Assembly (NCBI GenBank): GCA_965197905.1
Contig: CBDAOB010000005.1
Location: 544,001 to 608,000 of the forward strand
DNA from: Candidatus Latescibacterota bacterium
GTDB taxonomy: Bacteria; Latescibacterota; UBA2968; UBA8231
Direction of reading: 5' to 3'
DNA: 64,000 nt
A program made the translations under genes and the position numbers. Below the pieces are notes generated by a model. The model was not told the origin of the DNA. It did no database searches and saw only the letters and a list, made by a program, of their open reading frames with translations. Positions 9,293 to 18,940 of this stretch are shown one piece after another. The first letter of the stretch is position 1, and every line of letters starts with the position of its first letter.

Positions 9293-11329
9293 ATGACTGC
9301 CCGCATCGCCATCGATACCGGTGGCACCTTCACTGATTTGGTGCTGCTCGACCCGCAAGGTCAACTCCACTTTCACAAGGTTTCCAGCACACCCGACGAC
9401 CCCAGCCGGGCGCTCGTTGACGGGGTGTGCCAACTAGTCGAGCGGGCCGGATACGCGCGCAGTAATCTAGATCTCCTGATTCATGGAACCACCGTCGCAA
9501 CCAACACCATTCTGCAACGGAACGGCGCCCGCGTTGCGTTCCTGACGACCGAGGGATTCCGCGACGTCCTGCACATCCAGCGACAGGATCGCCCGCAGAT
9601 GTACGATCTGCGTGCTCGCCGGACAGTACCGCTGGTGCCGCGGCACCTCCGTCTGGAGGTGCGCGAGCGTCTCGGTCCAAAGGGAGAAGTCGAGCTCCCC
9701 ATCGATCTCGCAATGCTTAGGCAGTCACTGGTCCCACTGCGAGAACAGAATATAGAAGCGGTGGCGGTGGGTTTACTTCACAGTCACGCCAATACGACCC
9801 ACGAACGGGAGGTCGGCGAGATTGTTGCCCGCGAACTGCCAGAGGCGAATGTCTGTCTGTCCCACGAGCTCGCCCGCGAGCGGGGGGAGTACGAGCGTTT
9901 CAGTACCTGCGTGATGAATGCCTACGTGCAACCGGTGATGTCCCGTTATCTGGAACGGATCGAAGAAGGATTGAACCACACCGGAGTAGACGCTCCCATG
10001 TTTGTGATGAAGTCCAACGGCGGCACCATGTCGGCAGCTGCCGCGGCTCGACAAGCCGTGTTCACCATTCTGTCCGGACCAGCGGGTGGCGCCGTGGCCA
10101 GCCGCTCCATTTCGGAGTCGTGCTCGGATCAGAACTTGATCGCGGCGGATATGGGAGGCACCAGCTTCGACGTAACCGTTATCCACCAAGGCAACGTACA
10201 CTTCGCCCGCGACGCGGAGATGGGTGGACTGGCACTCAAGGTGCCGATGCTTGACATCCACACTGTCGGAGCCGGCGGCGGCAGTATAGGTTGGATCGAT
10301 GCGGGCGGATCCCTGCGAGTCGGGCCCCAGTCCGCGGGTGCGCATCCAGGTCCCGCCTGTTACGGAAAAGGGGGCGAGCTGCCCACCGTCACCGATGCCA
10401 ACCTGTTGTTGGGACGACTCGCAACCGGGACGCTCCTGGGAGGCGGGCTGGAGCTCGATCTCGAAGCGGCCCGTCGCGCGATGCACGATCATCTAGCGGG
10501 GCCGTTGGGCTTGAAGCTAGAAGCGGCTGCTGAGGGATTGATACGTGTGGTGAACGCTACGATGACCGCTGCCATACGCAAGCTTACGGTCGAACGGGGA
10601 CATGATCCCAGGGACTTTACTCTCTGCGCCTACGGCGGAGCCGGCCCCTTGCATGGTTCTGAGCTCGCCGCGGAAATGGGCGTCCGGGAAACCCTGATTC
10701 CAGTTGCCCCTGGCGTAACATCAGCCGTCGGTCTTCTCCAATCGCAACTACGAGAGGACAGGGTGCGCACAGAAGTAGGCCCCCTCGACTCATTTTCTTG
10801 GAAGCAACTCACGGCCGCTATCGAAGAGTTGGAACGCGATGCCGGTAAGCAGCTGGCTCTGGCAGGTAGTGGGACGCCGACCACCCAATGCCGGTTCGGG
10901 CTGCGATATCTGGGTCAGGGGTACGAGTTGCCGGTGGAGGTGTGCTGGCAGCCGCTGGATCTAACGCAGGTCGCGGCCGATTTCCACACCGCGCATGAGC
11001 GCGCTTTCGGGTTCAAGCGTTTCGATCAAACCGTGGAGCTGGTCAATATCTGGGTGTCGATGGAAACAGACTCAAACGCCGTCCAACTACCGGAATGGCC
11101 GTCGCGTCCCGAACTCCGGCGGGTTGGCAACCGAGACGTTGTGTTTCGCGGGAAAGCCCATCCCACACCGGTCTTCAAGCGCGACGCCATGGGAGCCGGT
11201 ACAGAGCTCGAAGGTCCATCCGTGATTGAACAGCTGGATTCCGCTACCATCGTATGGCCCGGCCAGCAAGCGAAAGTGGATACCCGGGGGCAGCTGCGCC
11301 TGGGCCCAATGCCGTCCGGTTTTTTCTAG
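9293..11329 (+). CDS. hyuA: hydantoinase A/5-oxoprolinase ATP-binding subunit
   Basis: IDTGGTFTD, HGTTVATN, EYERFST, SGPAGG, DMGGTSFD, GAGGGSI, GPQSAGAHPGPACY, PTVTDAN motifs. Confidence 0.92.
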   Translation: MTARIAIDTGGTFTDLVLLDPQGQLHFHKVSSTPDDPSRALVDGVCQLVERAGYARSNLDLLIHGTTVATNTILQRNGARVAFLTTEGFRDVLHIQRQDRPQMYDLRARRTVPLVPRHLRLEVRERLGPKGEVELPIDLAMLRQSLVPLREQNIEAVAVGLLHSHANTTHEREVGEIVARELPEANVCLSHELARERGEYERFSTCVMNAYVQPVMSRYLERIEEGLNHTGVDAPMFVMKSNGGTMSAAAAARQAVFTILSGPAGGAVASRSISESCSDQNLIAADMGGTSFDVTVIHQGNVHFARDAEMGGLALKVPMLDIHTVGAGGGSIGWIDAGGSLRVGPQSAGAHPGPACYGKGGELPTVTDANLLLGRLATGTLLGGGLELDLEAARRAMHDHLAGPLGLKLEAAAEGLIRVVNATMTAAIRKLTVERGHDPRDFTLCAYGGAGPLHGSELAAEMGVRETLIPVAPGVTSAVGLLQSQLREDRVRTEVGPLDSFSWKQLTAAIEELERDAGKQLALAGSGTPTTQCRFGLRYLGQGYELPVEVCWQPLDLTQVAADFHTAHERAFGFKRFDQTVELVNIWVSMETDSNAVQLPEWPSRPELRRVGNRDVVFRGKAHPTPVFKRDAMGAGTELEGPSVIEQLDSATIVWPGQQAKVDTRGQLRLGPMPSGFF

Positions 11330-11341
11330 GAGGATCTAACT

Positions 11342-12139
11342 ATGCGCATCTGCGTAATCAATCCATTCGCAGGGACGGAACAGTTCGGCAGGGAGAATCT
11401 GGAAGCGATCGCTGCGCCGGGTACTGAGTTCCAGGTCTGCGATGTCGGCGACCGCTATCCACTCAACAACAACCAATGGCTCTACTTCAAACATGGCTGT
11501 ACCGGGCCCACCATCGATCGAGCCATCGAGGCGGAACGACAGGGATACGACGCCATCTTCATCTCCTGCAACCTGGATATTGGATTGTACGAGTGCCGCC
11601 AGATGTGCAATATCCCGGTAACCGCCACTCTGGAGGCGGCGGCATTGACCGCTCACTCCATGGGACGCCGCTTTTCCTTGCTGAGCGTTGATGACCAGAA
11701 CGGGCAGATTCAAAGGATGTTGTTAGAGCAGTATCAGCTTGCCCAGGGTCTGGTGTCGGTGCGCAGCTTCGACATCGATGCCACCGATCTCTACGCCGAC
11801 CGCAGCTCCCCAGAGGAGATTTCCACGAAAGTGCTTTCCGTGGCGCGGCGCTGCATCGACGAGGATGGCGCGGATGTGCTGATCTCCGGGTGTACCCTGG
11901 CCGGCTCGGTGCTTTCCAAAGCGGCGCGGGAGAATCCGGATGCTCATCCGGCACCGATCATCGACGGCATGTTGCCTGGTTTCAAGATGGCGGAGACGAT
12001 GGCGTCCCTGCAACGCGCCGGACTGCCGCCTGTCAGCCGCCTGGGACTGTATCAGCAACCACCACAACCCGACCTGAAAGCGTTGCGCGATTCCCTCGGA
12101 CAACCGCTTCCGCCCTGGGCCACGAGGGAGAACGAATGA
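11342..12139 (+). CDS. Asp/Glu/hydantoin racemase family protein
   Basis: MRICVINP start. Two catalytic-type cysteines (ISCNLD, SGCT) and PIIDG. RBS AGGAGGA. Lies between hydantoinase A and B. Confidence 0.85.
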   Translation: MRICVINPFAGTEQFGRENLEAIAAPGTEFQVCDVGDRYPLNNNQWLYFKHGCTGPTIDRAIEAERQGYDAIFISCNLDIGLYECRQMCNIPVTATLEAAALTAHSMGRRFSLLSVDDQNGQIQRMLLEQYQLAQGLVSVRSFDIDATDLYADRSSPEEISTKVLSVARRCIDEDGADVLISGCTLAGSVLSKAARENPDAHPAPIIDGMLPGFKMAETMASLQRAGLPPVSRLGLYQQPPQPDLKALRDSLGQPLPPWATRENE

Positions 12140-13812
12140 AAGTCGATCCCGTTACCCTTGAGATCATGCGCAACCGGTGGAAGGGGATTGCCGAGGAGAT
12201 GTGCGCTGCCCTGGTGCGCGCGAGCTATTCCACCAACATCAAGGACCGACGGGATTGCTCGGCAGCTCTCGCTATGTCATCGGGGGAGATCGTTGCCCAA
12301 GCCGAGGTTGGCACACCCCTACATCTGGGCATCATGCCAGGTGTGATCGGGGCCATTCTCCGAGAGTATCCGGTGGCGCAGATGACCCCTGGCGACGTGT
12401 ATGTCACGAACCTGCCGTATCCAGAGGGTCCCGGGCATCTACCTGATGTTTCCCTCGTATCGGGGGTCTTCCACCAGGATCGCGTGGTGGCTCTCGCCGC
12501 TTCCACCGCTCACCACGTCGACATGGGCGGTTTCGCGCCCGGCAGCATGCCGTTTGGCGTCACCGAGATCTATCAAGAAGGATTGCAGATTCCGCCGCTG
12601 AGGATCTTTTCCGGCGGCGAGATGGATGAGTCGCTGTTCCGTCTCATCAACCAGAATGTGCGCACGCAGCACGAGGTGCGCGGCGATCTGATGGCCCAGT
12701 ACGCCTGCGCTCAAATCGCCCAGATGAGGGTGGACGAGCTGATGCAACGGGGGGACGGTGAGCAAGCCCTCCTTTATATGGAACCGATTCTAGATCATGC
12801 CGAACGCCGCATGCGAACGGCCATCGCGGGGGCTCCTGACGGCGAGTATCAATATGTGGACTATCTCGACGACGACGGGACCGTGGATGAGCCCGTGAAG
12901 ATCGCCGTCAAATTGACGATTGCTGGAGACGAGTTACGCGCTGATTTCACCGGTTCCAGCGCCCAAGTCCTGGGGCCCCTCAATGCCCGGGTTTCCGCTG
13001 CGGCGTCGGCGACCTATTACGTCGTAAAGACGGTGCTTGACCCCGATCTGCCGGTCTGCGCCGGTGCCCACCGCCCGATCGAGGTCTTCGCCCCCGAGGG
13101 TACGATCCTGCAGGCGCAATACCCGGCGGCCATCGGCAACGCCAACATCATTACCGATCAAAGGGTGGTCGATGCTCTTTTGGGCGCCTTCCATCAGGCG
13201 GTACCTGACAGGGTGTGCGCCGCCTGCAGCGGCGAGATGAATCTGATCAATGTGGGGGGATTGGATCCACGTACGGGGGAGTATTACAACTATGTCGAGA
13301 CCTACGCCGGCGGTATGGGCGCGATGTCCGACCTGGATGGCGAGGACGGCGTACATACCCACCTCACCAATACCCGCAATGCCCCGGTGGAGGTCATCGA
13401 AGCTACCTATCCGTTGCAGGTGGTAGGTTACGGGCTCGTTTCCGACACCGCCGGAGCCGGCCGCAGGCGGGGTGGCTGCGGCATGATGCGGGAGTTGAGA
13501 TGCCTCGGAGAGCGCACCCTGTTGACCATGGGGGCTGATCGCCGCAAGTTCCGCCCATGGGGATTGGAGGGAGGTGGTGAGGCGGAAGGCTCCCACTGCT
13601 GGGTGATCAAACCGGACGGCTCGCGATCCGAGCTTCCCACCAAGGTCTTCACCGAGCTTCACGAAGGGGATCGCCTGCTCGTACAGACCCCCGGCGGGGG
13701 CGGCTGGGGCGATCCGGCCGATCGCGAAGCCGAACGAGTGCAGCGCGACCTGAGCGACGAGCTCATTACGGCCGAGCACGCGGCCGAGCACTACCGCTAC
13801 CCAGGGCCATGA
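12136..13812 (+). CDS. hyuB: hydantoinase B/5-oxoprolinase subunit
   Basis: Start MKVDPVTLEI overlaps the racemase stop (ATGA 12136-12139). Motifs SYSTNIKDRRDCS, HLPD, AHHVDMGG, EIYQEG, HTHLTNT, TPGGGGWG. Confidence 0.92.
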   Translation: MKVDPVTLEIMRNRWKGIAEEMCAALVRASYSTNIKDRRDCSAALAMSSGEIVAQAEVGTPLHLGIMPGVIGAILREYPVAQMTPGDVYVTNLPYPEGPGHLPDVSLVSGVFHQDRVVALAASTAHHVDMGGFAPGSMPFGVTEIYQEGLQIPPLRIFSGGEMDESLFRLINQNVRTQHEVRGDLMAQYACAQIAQMRVDELMQRGDGEQALLYMEPILDHAERRMRTAIAGAPDGEYQYVDYLDDDGTVDEPVKIAVKLTIAGDELRADFTGSSAQVLGPLNARVSAAASATYYVVKTVLDPDLPVCAGAHRPIEVFAPEGTILQAQYPAAIGNANIITDQRVVDALLGAFHQAVPDRVCAACSGEMNLINVGGLDPRTGEYYNYVETYAGGMGAMSDLDGEDGVHTHLTNTRNAPVEVIEATYPLQVVGYGLVSDTAGAGRRRGGCGMMRELRCLGERTLLTMGADRRKFRPWGLEGGGEAEGSHCWVIKPDGSRSELPTKVFTELHEGDRLLVQTPGGGGWGDPADREAERVQRDLSDELITAEHAAEHYRYPGP

Positions 13813-13822
13813 AGGAGAAAAA

Positions 13823-15823
13823 ATGAACTGGTTCGAAAAGAGTTTCTTCAATGTGCACGTCGACTACCACACCCGCGACGATGCACACACCGGGTCCGGC
13901 CTCACACGCCAGGGGTTGCGGACCCTTCTCGGCGAGGTGCGTCCGGACATGATCCAGATTCACTCCAAGGGGCACCCGGGTATCGCCTCCTATCCCACCA
14001 AGGTCGGCACCTATAGCAGTAATCACCAAGAGGACGTGATGGCGATCTATCGCGATGTCTGCCGCGAGATGGGGATTTGCTTCAGCGTCTATTACTCGAG
14101 CTTGGTCGATGTCATTGCCGCTAACGCCCATGAGGACTGGCGCATCATCAAGGCAGATGGGAGTTATTACGGCACGGGGGAGAAGTGGGAAGGGGACCGA
14201 ATGAACAGCTTCTTCCTCTGCCACAACACCGGGTATATCGAGGAATATCTGCTCCCGCAGATCAAGGAGATCCTGGTAGAGTACGAACCGGACGGACTCT
14301 GGTTCGATGGGGACGTCTGGGTGTCGCGGGTTTGTTACTGTGCCTCCTGCCAGGAGAAGTACCGGGAGCTGCACGGCCGCGAGGTCCCGCGTCCCGCAGA
14401 CGAGGAAGATTGGCCTCCGGCGCCCGAGTTCGCTCGGGAAACCTACCTGGAATATCTGCAGAAAGTGCACGACCTCATTCAGGAGGTGCGGCCCGAGTGT
14501 CTGTTCTCGGTGAATTGGCTGCACACCTTGAGCAACCCGTGGTCCAGTCGCGGCAAGGTGGACTGGCTCTCGGGCGATGTACCGCTCAACCACGGAGTCA
14601 ACGCAGCCGGGCGGGAGGCGCGCTTCATGAACCACCAGGGTCTGCCCTTCGACATCATGATCTGTGATTTCAGTCTCGACTACCGCACCCGCGGCTACAT
14701 GTACCACAAATCCGCCGAGCAGATGAAACAGGAGGCGGCGGCGGTGGTGGCCAATGGTGCCCGCCTCTTCTACTGGATGACTCCCAATCGGGACGCCAGC
14801 TTTCGGGTGGAGGATCCACCCACGGCCGCTGAGGTAGGTCGCTTCGTTCGGGACCGACAGCCGTACTGCACAGCCACGCAGTCGGTGCCGGATACGGCCA
14901 TACTGGTTTCAGCCGCCGGCTGGGCTGCCGATCCCACGATCCGGCACGAGACCGAAGATACGCAACGGGTTTTCGCCGCCCAGCAGATGCTGCTGGAATC
15001 CGGCCTGCACCACGACCTGGTGAGCGAGGACGCATTCCTGAAAAGCGACGCCGACTGGCACACGGTGATCTTGCCTGGAGTTGACGAACTCTCCGACGCA
15101 TTGCTGAAAGAGCTCGAAAAGTACGTGCGCAACGGGGGCAATCTGTTGCTCAGTCTGCCGCTACCCGAAGACCGATGTGCCAAGCTTACGGGAGCAGAAC
15201 GCTGGGCCAAAAAGGATATCGAGGACGACCCGCTTGCCGGCATTGCCCACCGGGTTCTACTGCCTTCAGGGTGGGCGCGGGTCTACTATCCCGCGGCAAG
15301 GGCGGTTGAACCGCATGCCGAACCCCGTGGTCAGCTGTGGCAGGCGCAAGGGTTCGAGGCGATTCCTCAGCAACCGGTGTCCTACGTCAATCGCCTGGGG
15401 GATGGGACCGTCATCACCTGTGCGGGCAGTGTTTTCGACGGTTATCGCCGGGTGCAGGGACCCCCGCTGCGTGACCTGGTGATGGCGGAGCTGCGTTTCC
15501 TACGTCCTCACCCGGTCGCCGAGCTCGATCCTCCGGGCCAGCTGGAGCTCTCTGTGCGGGAGCGGGAGGGAGAGTGGCTGGTACACTTGGTAAACCACGG
15601 CGCCGATCGCGACATGGGCGGAGAAAGCTTCTTCGTCGAGAAGGTGCCGCGCAGCGGCCCCCGCACCCTTGTTGTGCATTGCAAGCAGCGACCCGCATCG
15701 GTGTTGTTGCAGCCGGGCAATCGGACGCTGGAGTGGCAGGTTATTTCAAACGGTGTCCGCTGTCACCTGCCCGACGTAGAGATCCACGAGATCGTGCAGA
15801 TCTCGTTTCCCCAGGCGGTATGA
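13823..15823 (+). CDS. GH151/GH29-like alpha-L-fucosidase-type glycoside hydrolase with beta-galactosidase trimerisation-like domain
   Basis: VHVDYHT, IQIHSKGHPG, YYSSLVD and DGLWFDG (putative nucleophile Asp). C-terminal ILPGVDELS...YVRNGGNLL and LVHLVN. RBS AAGGAG. No signal peptide. Confidence 0.7.
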   Translation: MNWFEKSFFNVHVDYHTRDDAHTGSGLTRQGLRTLLGEVRPDMIQIHSKGHPGIASYPTKVGTYSSNHQEDVMAIYRDVCREMGICFSVYYSSLVDVIAANAHEDWRIIKADGSYYGTGEKWEGDRMNSFFLCHNTGYIEEYLLPQIKEILVEYEPDGLWFDGDVWVSRVCYCASCQEKYRELHGREVPRPADEEDWPPAPEFARETYLEYLQKVHDLIQEVRPECLFSVNWLHTLSNPWSSRGKVDWLSGDVPLNHGVNAAGREARFMNHQGLPFDIMICDFSLDYRTRGYMYHKSAEQMKQEAAAVVANGARLFYWMTPNRDASFRVEDPPTAAEVGRFVRDRQPYCTATQSVPDTAILVSAAGWAADPTIRHETEDTQRVFAAQQMLLESGLHHDLVSEDAFLKSDADWHTVILPGVDELSDALLKELEKYVRNGGNLLLSLPLPEDRCAKLTGAERWAKKDIEDDPLAGIAHRVLLPSGWARVYYPAARAVEPHAEPRGQLWQAQGFEAIPQQPVSYVNRLGDGTVITCAGSVFDGYRRVQGPPLRDLVMAELRFLRPHPVAELDPPGQLELSVREREGEWLVHLVNHGADRDMGGESFFVEKVPRSGPRTLVVHCKQRPASVLLQPGNRTLEWQVISNGVRCHLPDVEIHEIVQISFPQAV

Positions 15824-15863
15824 TCCCGATCGCAAAAGCGAGAATCCTACAAGGAGAAAAAAG

Positions 15864-17390
15864 ATGAGTAACGACAATCTGCCGGTGCCATTTCTCGACT
15901 GGTTCGAGTTGTGGCCGGGTGCCGCCGGATATGAGCAGGATGGTCGCGCTTTCATCGGCGAATTCCCAACCGGTGTAAAACTCTCCGTCCAGGAGCCGGA
16001 AGAGAAGCGCGACTTCCACCTGCCAGCAGATAAGCCGTGGGAGGGCGGGCACGCCGATATCGGCACGATGCTGTTTCACGACGGGCGCTTTCGGCTCTGG
16101 TACAAAACGTCGCCACCGGGAGATGATACCACCGCTCTCTGTTACGCCGAGAGCGACGACGGCAACAAATGGGAAAAGCCGAATCTGGGGCTGCGTGAGT
16201 TTCAGGGTAGCAAGGAGAACAACATGCTGCCGGAAACGCAGTTGCGTGAAGGATCGATTTTTCTCGACACCAATCCGAAGACCCCCGATGCCGAGCGTTA
16301 TAAAATGGTGTATATGGAAGGCTGGTGGAAGCGCGGCGGCGAGTATATGGAAGGCCTGGAGGATGAGCCCGACGCCCTCAAGCTCAGGACCGATCTTTGT
16401 GCCGAGGGTCGCAGCGAACAGGAGATCATGGAACAGATCGGGCTCATGGGCCATTTCAAGGGTGCGGTGTCGCCGGACGGGTTCGTCTGGACGCCGCTCG
16501 AGGACACCCTGCTTGAGATGTTCTGCGACTCCGACAATATCGTGTTCTTCGACGAGGATCGAGGGCGCTACGTGGGTTATTTCCGCCACAACATGTTTCG
16601 CGAAACGGTGCCGACCGTCTGGCCACCCAATCCTTGGCGCTGCATCGGCCGTGCCGAGACCACCGATTTCCGCGACTGGCCGACACCCACGATCGTCGTT
16701 CAACCCGACGCCGATGAACCGCCGACCCAGGATATCTACACCAACGCCTACGCGCTGTATCCGGGAGGCAACTACCACATCCTATTTCCCAGCATCTTCC
16801 ACCGCGGCACCGACACCGTCGACACCCAGATCGCCGTCAGCCGCAACGGGGTCTCCTGGTTCCGCCACCGGGATCCGATCCTCAAGCTCGGCTCGCCCGA
16901 GACCCATGAAGACGGGGGCATCTACGTGCGCCACGGGATCTTTCCCCTCGACGCCAACCACTGGGGCGTGCCGTACATCTGCATGAGCGCCCGGCACAAC
17001 GAAGGGTACTACTACGACACCTACGACAAGAACAATTTCTACCGCTGGGCCATCTGGCAACGGGATCGTCTGATCGCGCTGGAGGCGGAAGTGGAGGGAC
17101 AGGTCACCTTGCTGCCGCGGGTCTGCCAGGGAAATCAGCTGATGCTCAATCTTAAGACCGAACCGGGTGGCTGGGTACGGGCCGCCTTCATCGAACCGAT
17201 GCTCTGGCCCCCCGAACAGATCAAACCGATCGACGGGTTCTCCTTCGATGACTGCGAAGCGGTGCGCGGCGACGACCTGGAAGCGGCTGTTGGCTTCAAC
17301 GGGAGCAAAGACCTGAGCGCGCTCAAAGGGCGCAACATCTGCCTGTGCCTGCAGATCTGTCGGGCCAAGGTTTTTTCCACCCAGATGTAG
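15864..17390 (+). CDS. GH32/GH43-like five-bladed beta-propeller + beta-sandwich protein, paralogue 1 of 10
   Basis: PWEG, YAESDDGNKWEKPNLG (Asp-box), SPDGFVW, CDSDN, VSRNGVSW, C-terminal DCEAVRGDDL...AKVFS. RBS AAGGAG. Confidence 0.75.
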   Translation: MSNDNLPVPFLDWFELWPGAAGYEQDGRAFIGEFPTGVKLSVQEPEEKRDFHLPADKPWEGGHADIGTMLFHDGRFRLWYKTSPPGDDTTALCYAESDDGNKWEKPNLGLREFQGSKENNMLPETQLREGSIFLDTNPKTPDAERYKMVYMEGWWKRGGEYMEGLEDEPDALKLRTDLCAEGRSEQEIMEQIGLMGHFKGAVSPDGFVWTPLEDTLLEMFCDSDNIVFFDEDRGRYVGYFRHNMFRETVPTVWPPNPWRCIGRAETTDFRDWPTPTIVVQPDADEPPTQDIYTNAYALYPGGNYHILFPSIFHRGTDTVDTQIAVSRNGVSWFRHRDPILKLGSPETHEDGGIYVRHGIFPLDANHWGVPYICMSARHNEGYYYDTYDKNNFYRWAIWQRDRLIALEAEVEGQVTLLPRVCQGNQLMLNLKTEPGGWVRAAFIEPMLWPPEQIKPIDGFSFDDCEAVRGDDLEAAVGFNGSKDLSALKGRNICLCLQICRAKVFSTQM

Positions 17391-17451
17391 TGCGGCGTCC
17401 CAGGCCCCGAACTCTTCAACTACCCCCGGGACACGACACTGGAGATGATCA

Positions 17452-18900
17452 ATGACGGCAAAGACGAAGGAACTCTTCCTGGATTGGCATGGCCTCTGGC
17501 CTGGTGCCACTGGATACGACAAGGATGGCAGTGCATTTATCAGCGAGGCACCGTCGGGTGTAAAGCTTTCGGTGCAGTCCGCAACGGTCACCGAACCGGT
17601 GTTGGTTGCGGACCAACCGTGGGAAGGATCGACGTTCGGGTACGTCACCGCGCGACATATCGATGGCAAGTACCGCCTGTGGTACGGATTTACGGGGGGG
17701 CTCGCATATGCCGAAAGCGACGACGGCTGGAGCTGGGAGAAACCGATTCTGAACCTCATCGAGCACGAGGGTTCTAAGGCGAACAACCTGGTGCTCGATA
17801 CGGGGATCGAAGGCAGCGTGTTTCTCGATCCCAGCGCACCGGATGCGGAACGCTACAAGCTGGTGACGATGAGGGCTTCCGCTGACCGCAAGGGGGCACG
17901 GATCGAAGGGGCCGAGCTGGAGCGGTGCCTGTCGGAGCTGAAGGAGCGCGGAATTCCGCCGGCCGAGATATTCGGCAAGGAGCTTCAGCTGGTGGGCGCA
18001 GTGCACGGAGCGGTTTCGCCGGACGGCCTCAGCTGGACCTTCCTAGACGAGCCCCTGTTCGAGAAGTTCTGCGACACCCAAAATGTAGTGCTGTACGACG
18101 AAGCTAATAAGAAGTACGTCGGTTACTGGCGCTCGAGCGCCGGCAGGAGGCGCAGCATCGCGCGCTCGGAGACCGACGACTTTCGCCATTGGCCGCTTCC
18201 CGACATCGTCGCCCAGCCCGATGGCGAGGTGCCGCCCACAGACGACTATTACACCAACGGCTACTCCCCCTATCCCGGGCATGACGGTTTTCATCTGCTA
18301 TTCCCAGCCATCTACCGTCGGGTCCGCGACTTGACGGAAGTGAGTATGGCGGTGAGCCGCGACGGCATAAACTGGTCGTGGCCGGATCGCGATCAGGTTA
18401 TTCCAGCGAAACCTCCGTACAGCGGCGGTCTCTATCCCGGGCCGGGGTTGCTACCCTTGAGTGATGACCGTTGGGGATTGATCTGCCGCAGTCAAGAGGC
18501 GCTGCACAACGAGGGATATTATTACAACCCGCAGGTCACTCGAGGCGAGTTGCGCTGGGCAACCTGGACACGCGATCGGCTTTCCGGCTTGGAAGCGACG
18601 GAGCGGGGTCAGGTGACCACCAATCAGATGCGGGCCAGCGGCGATTCCCTCGTGCTCAACTACCAGACCTCTCCCAACGGGTGGATCCGGGTGGAGTTCA
18701 TCGAGCCGACCCTGTGGCCGCCGGCGCGGCTTGAGCCGATGCCGGGCTACAGCTTCGGGGAGTGCGACGAGCTCCGTGGAGACGAGTTGGAAAAGAAGGT
18801 GAGCTGGAACGGCAATGCTGATCTGTCCTCGATGAAGGGAAAGAACATCTGCATGCGCATCGAGCTGTGTCAGGCGACCTTGTTCTCTCTCTCCATCTGA
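17452..18900 (+). CDS. GH32/GH43-like beta-propeller protein, paralogue 2 of 10
   Basis: PWEG, YAESDDGWSWEKP, VFLDPSAPDAERYK, CDTQNV, RRSIARSETDDF, VSRDGINW. Confidence 0.75.
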   Translation: MTAKTKELFLDWHGLWPGATGYDKDGSAFISEAPSGVKLSVQSATVTEPVLVADQPWEGSTFGYVTARHIDGKYRLWYGFTGGLAYAESDDGWSWEKPILNLIEHEGSKANNLVLDTGIEGSVFLDPSAPDAERYKLVTMRASADRKGARIEGAELERCLSELKERGIPPAEIFGKELQLVGAVHGAVSPDGLSWTFLDEPLFEKFCDTQNVVLYDEANKKYVGYWRSSAGRRRSIARSETDDFRHWPLPDIVAQPDGEVPPTDDYYTNGYSPYPGHDGFHLLFPAIYRRVRDLTEVSMAVSRDGINWSWPDRDQVIPAKPPYSGGLYPGPGLLPLSDDRWGLICRSQEALHNEGYYYNPQVTRGELRWATWTRDRLSGLEATERGQVTTNQMRASGDSLVLNYQTSPNGWIRVEFIEPTLWPPARLEPMPGYSFGECDELRGDELEKKVSWNGNADLSSMKGKNICMRIELCQATLFSLSI

Positions 18901-18940
18901 GTCACATCATTGTTTCACTCAACATGGGGATTCAACTACA

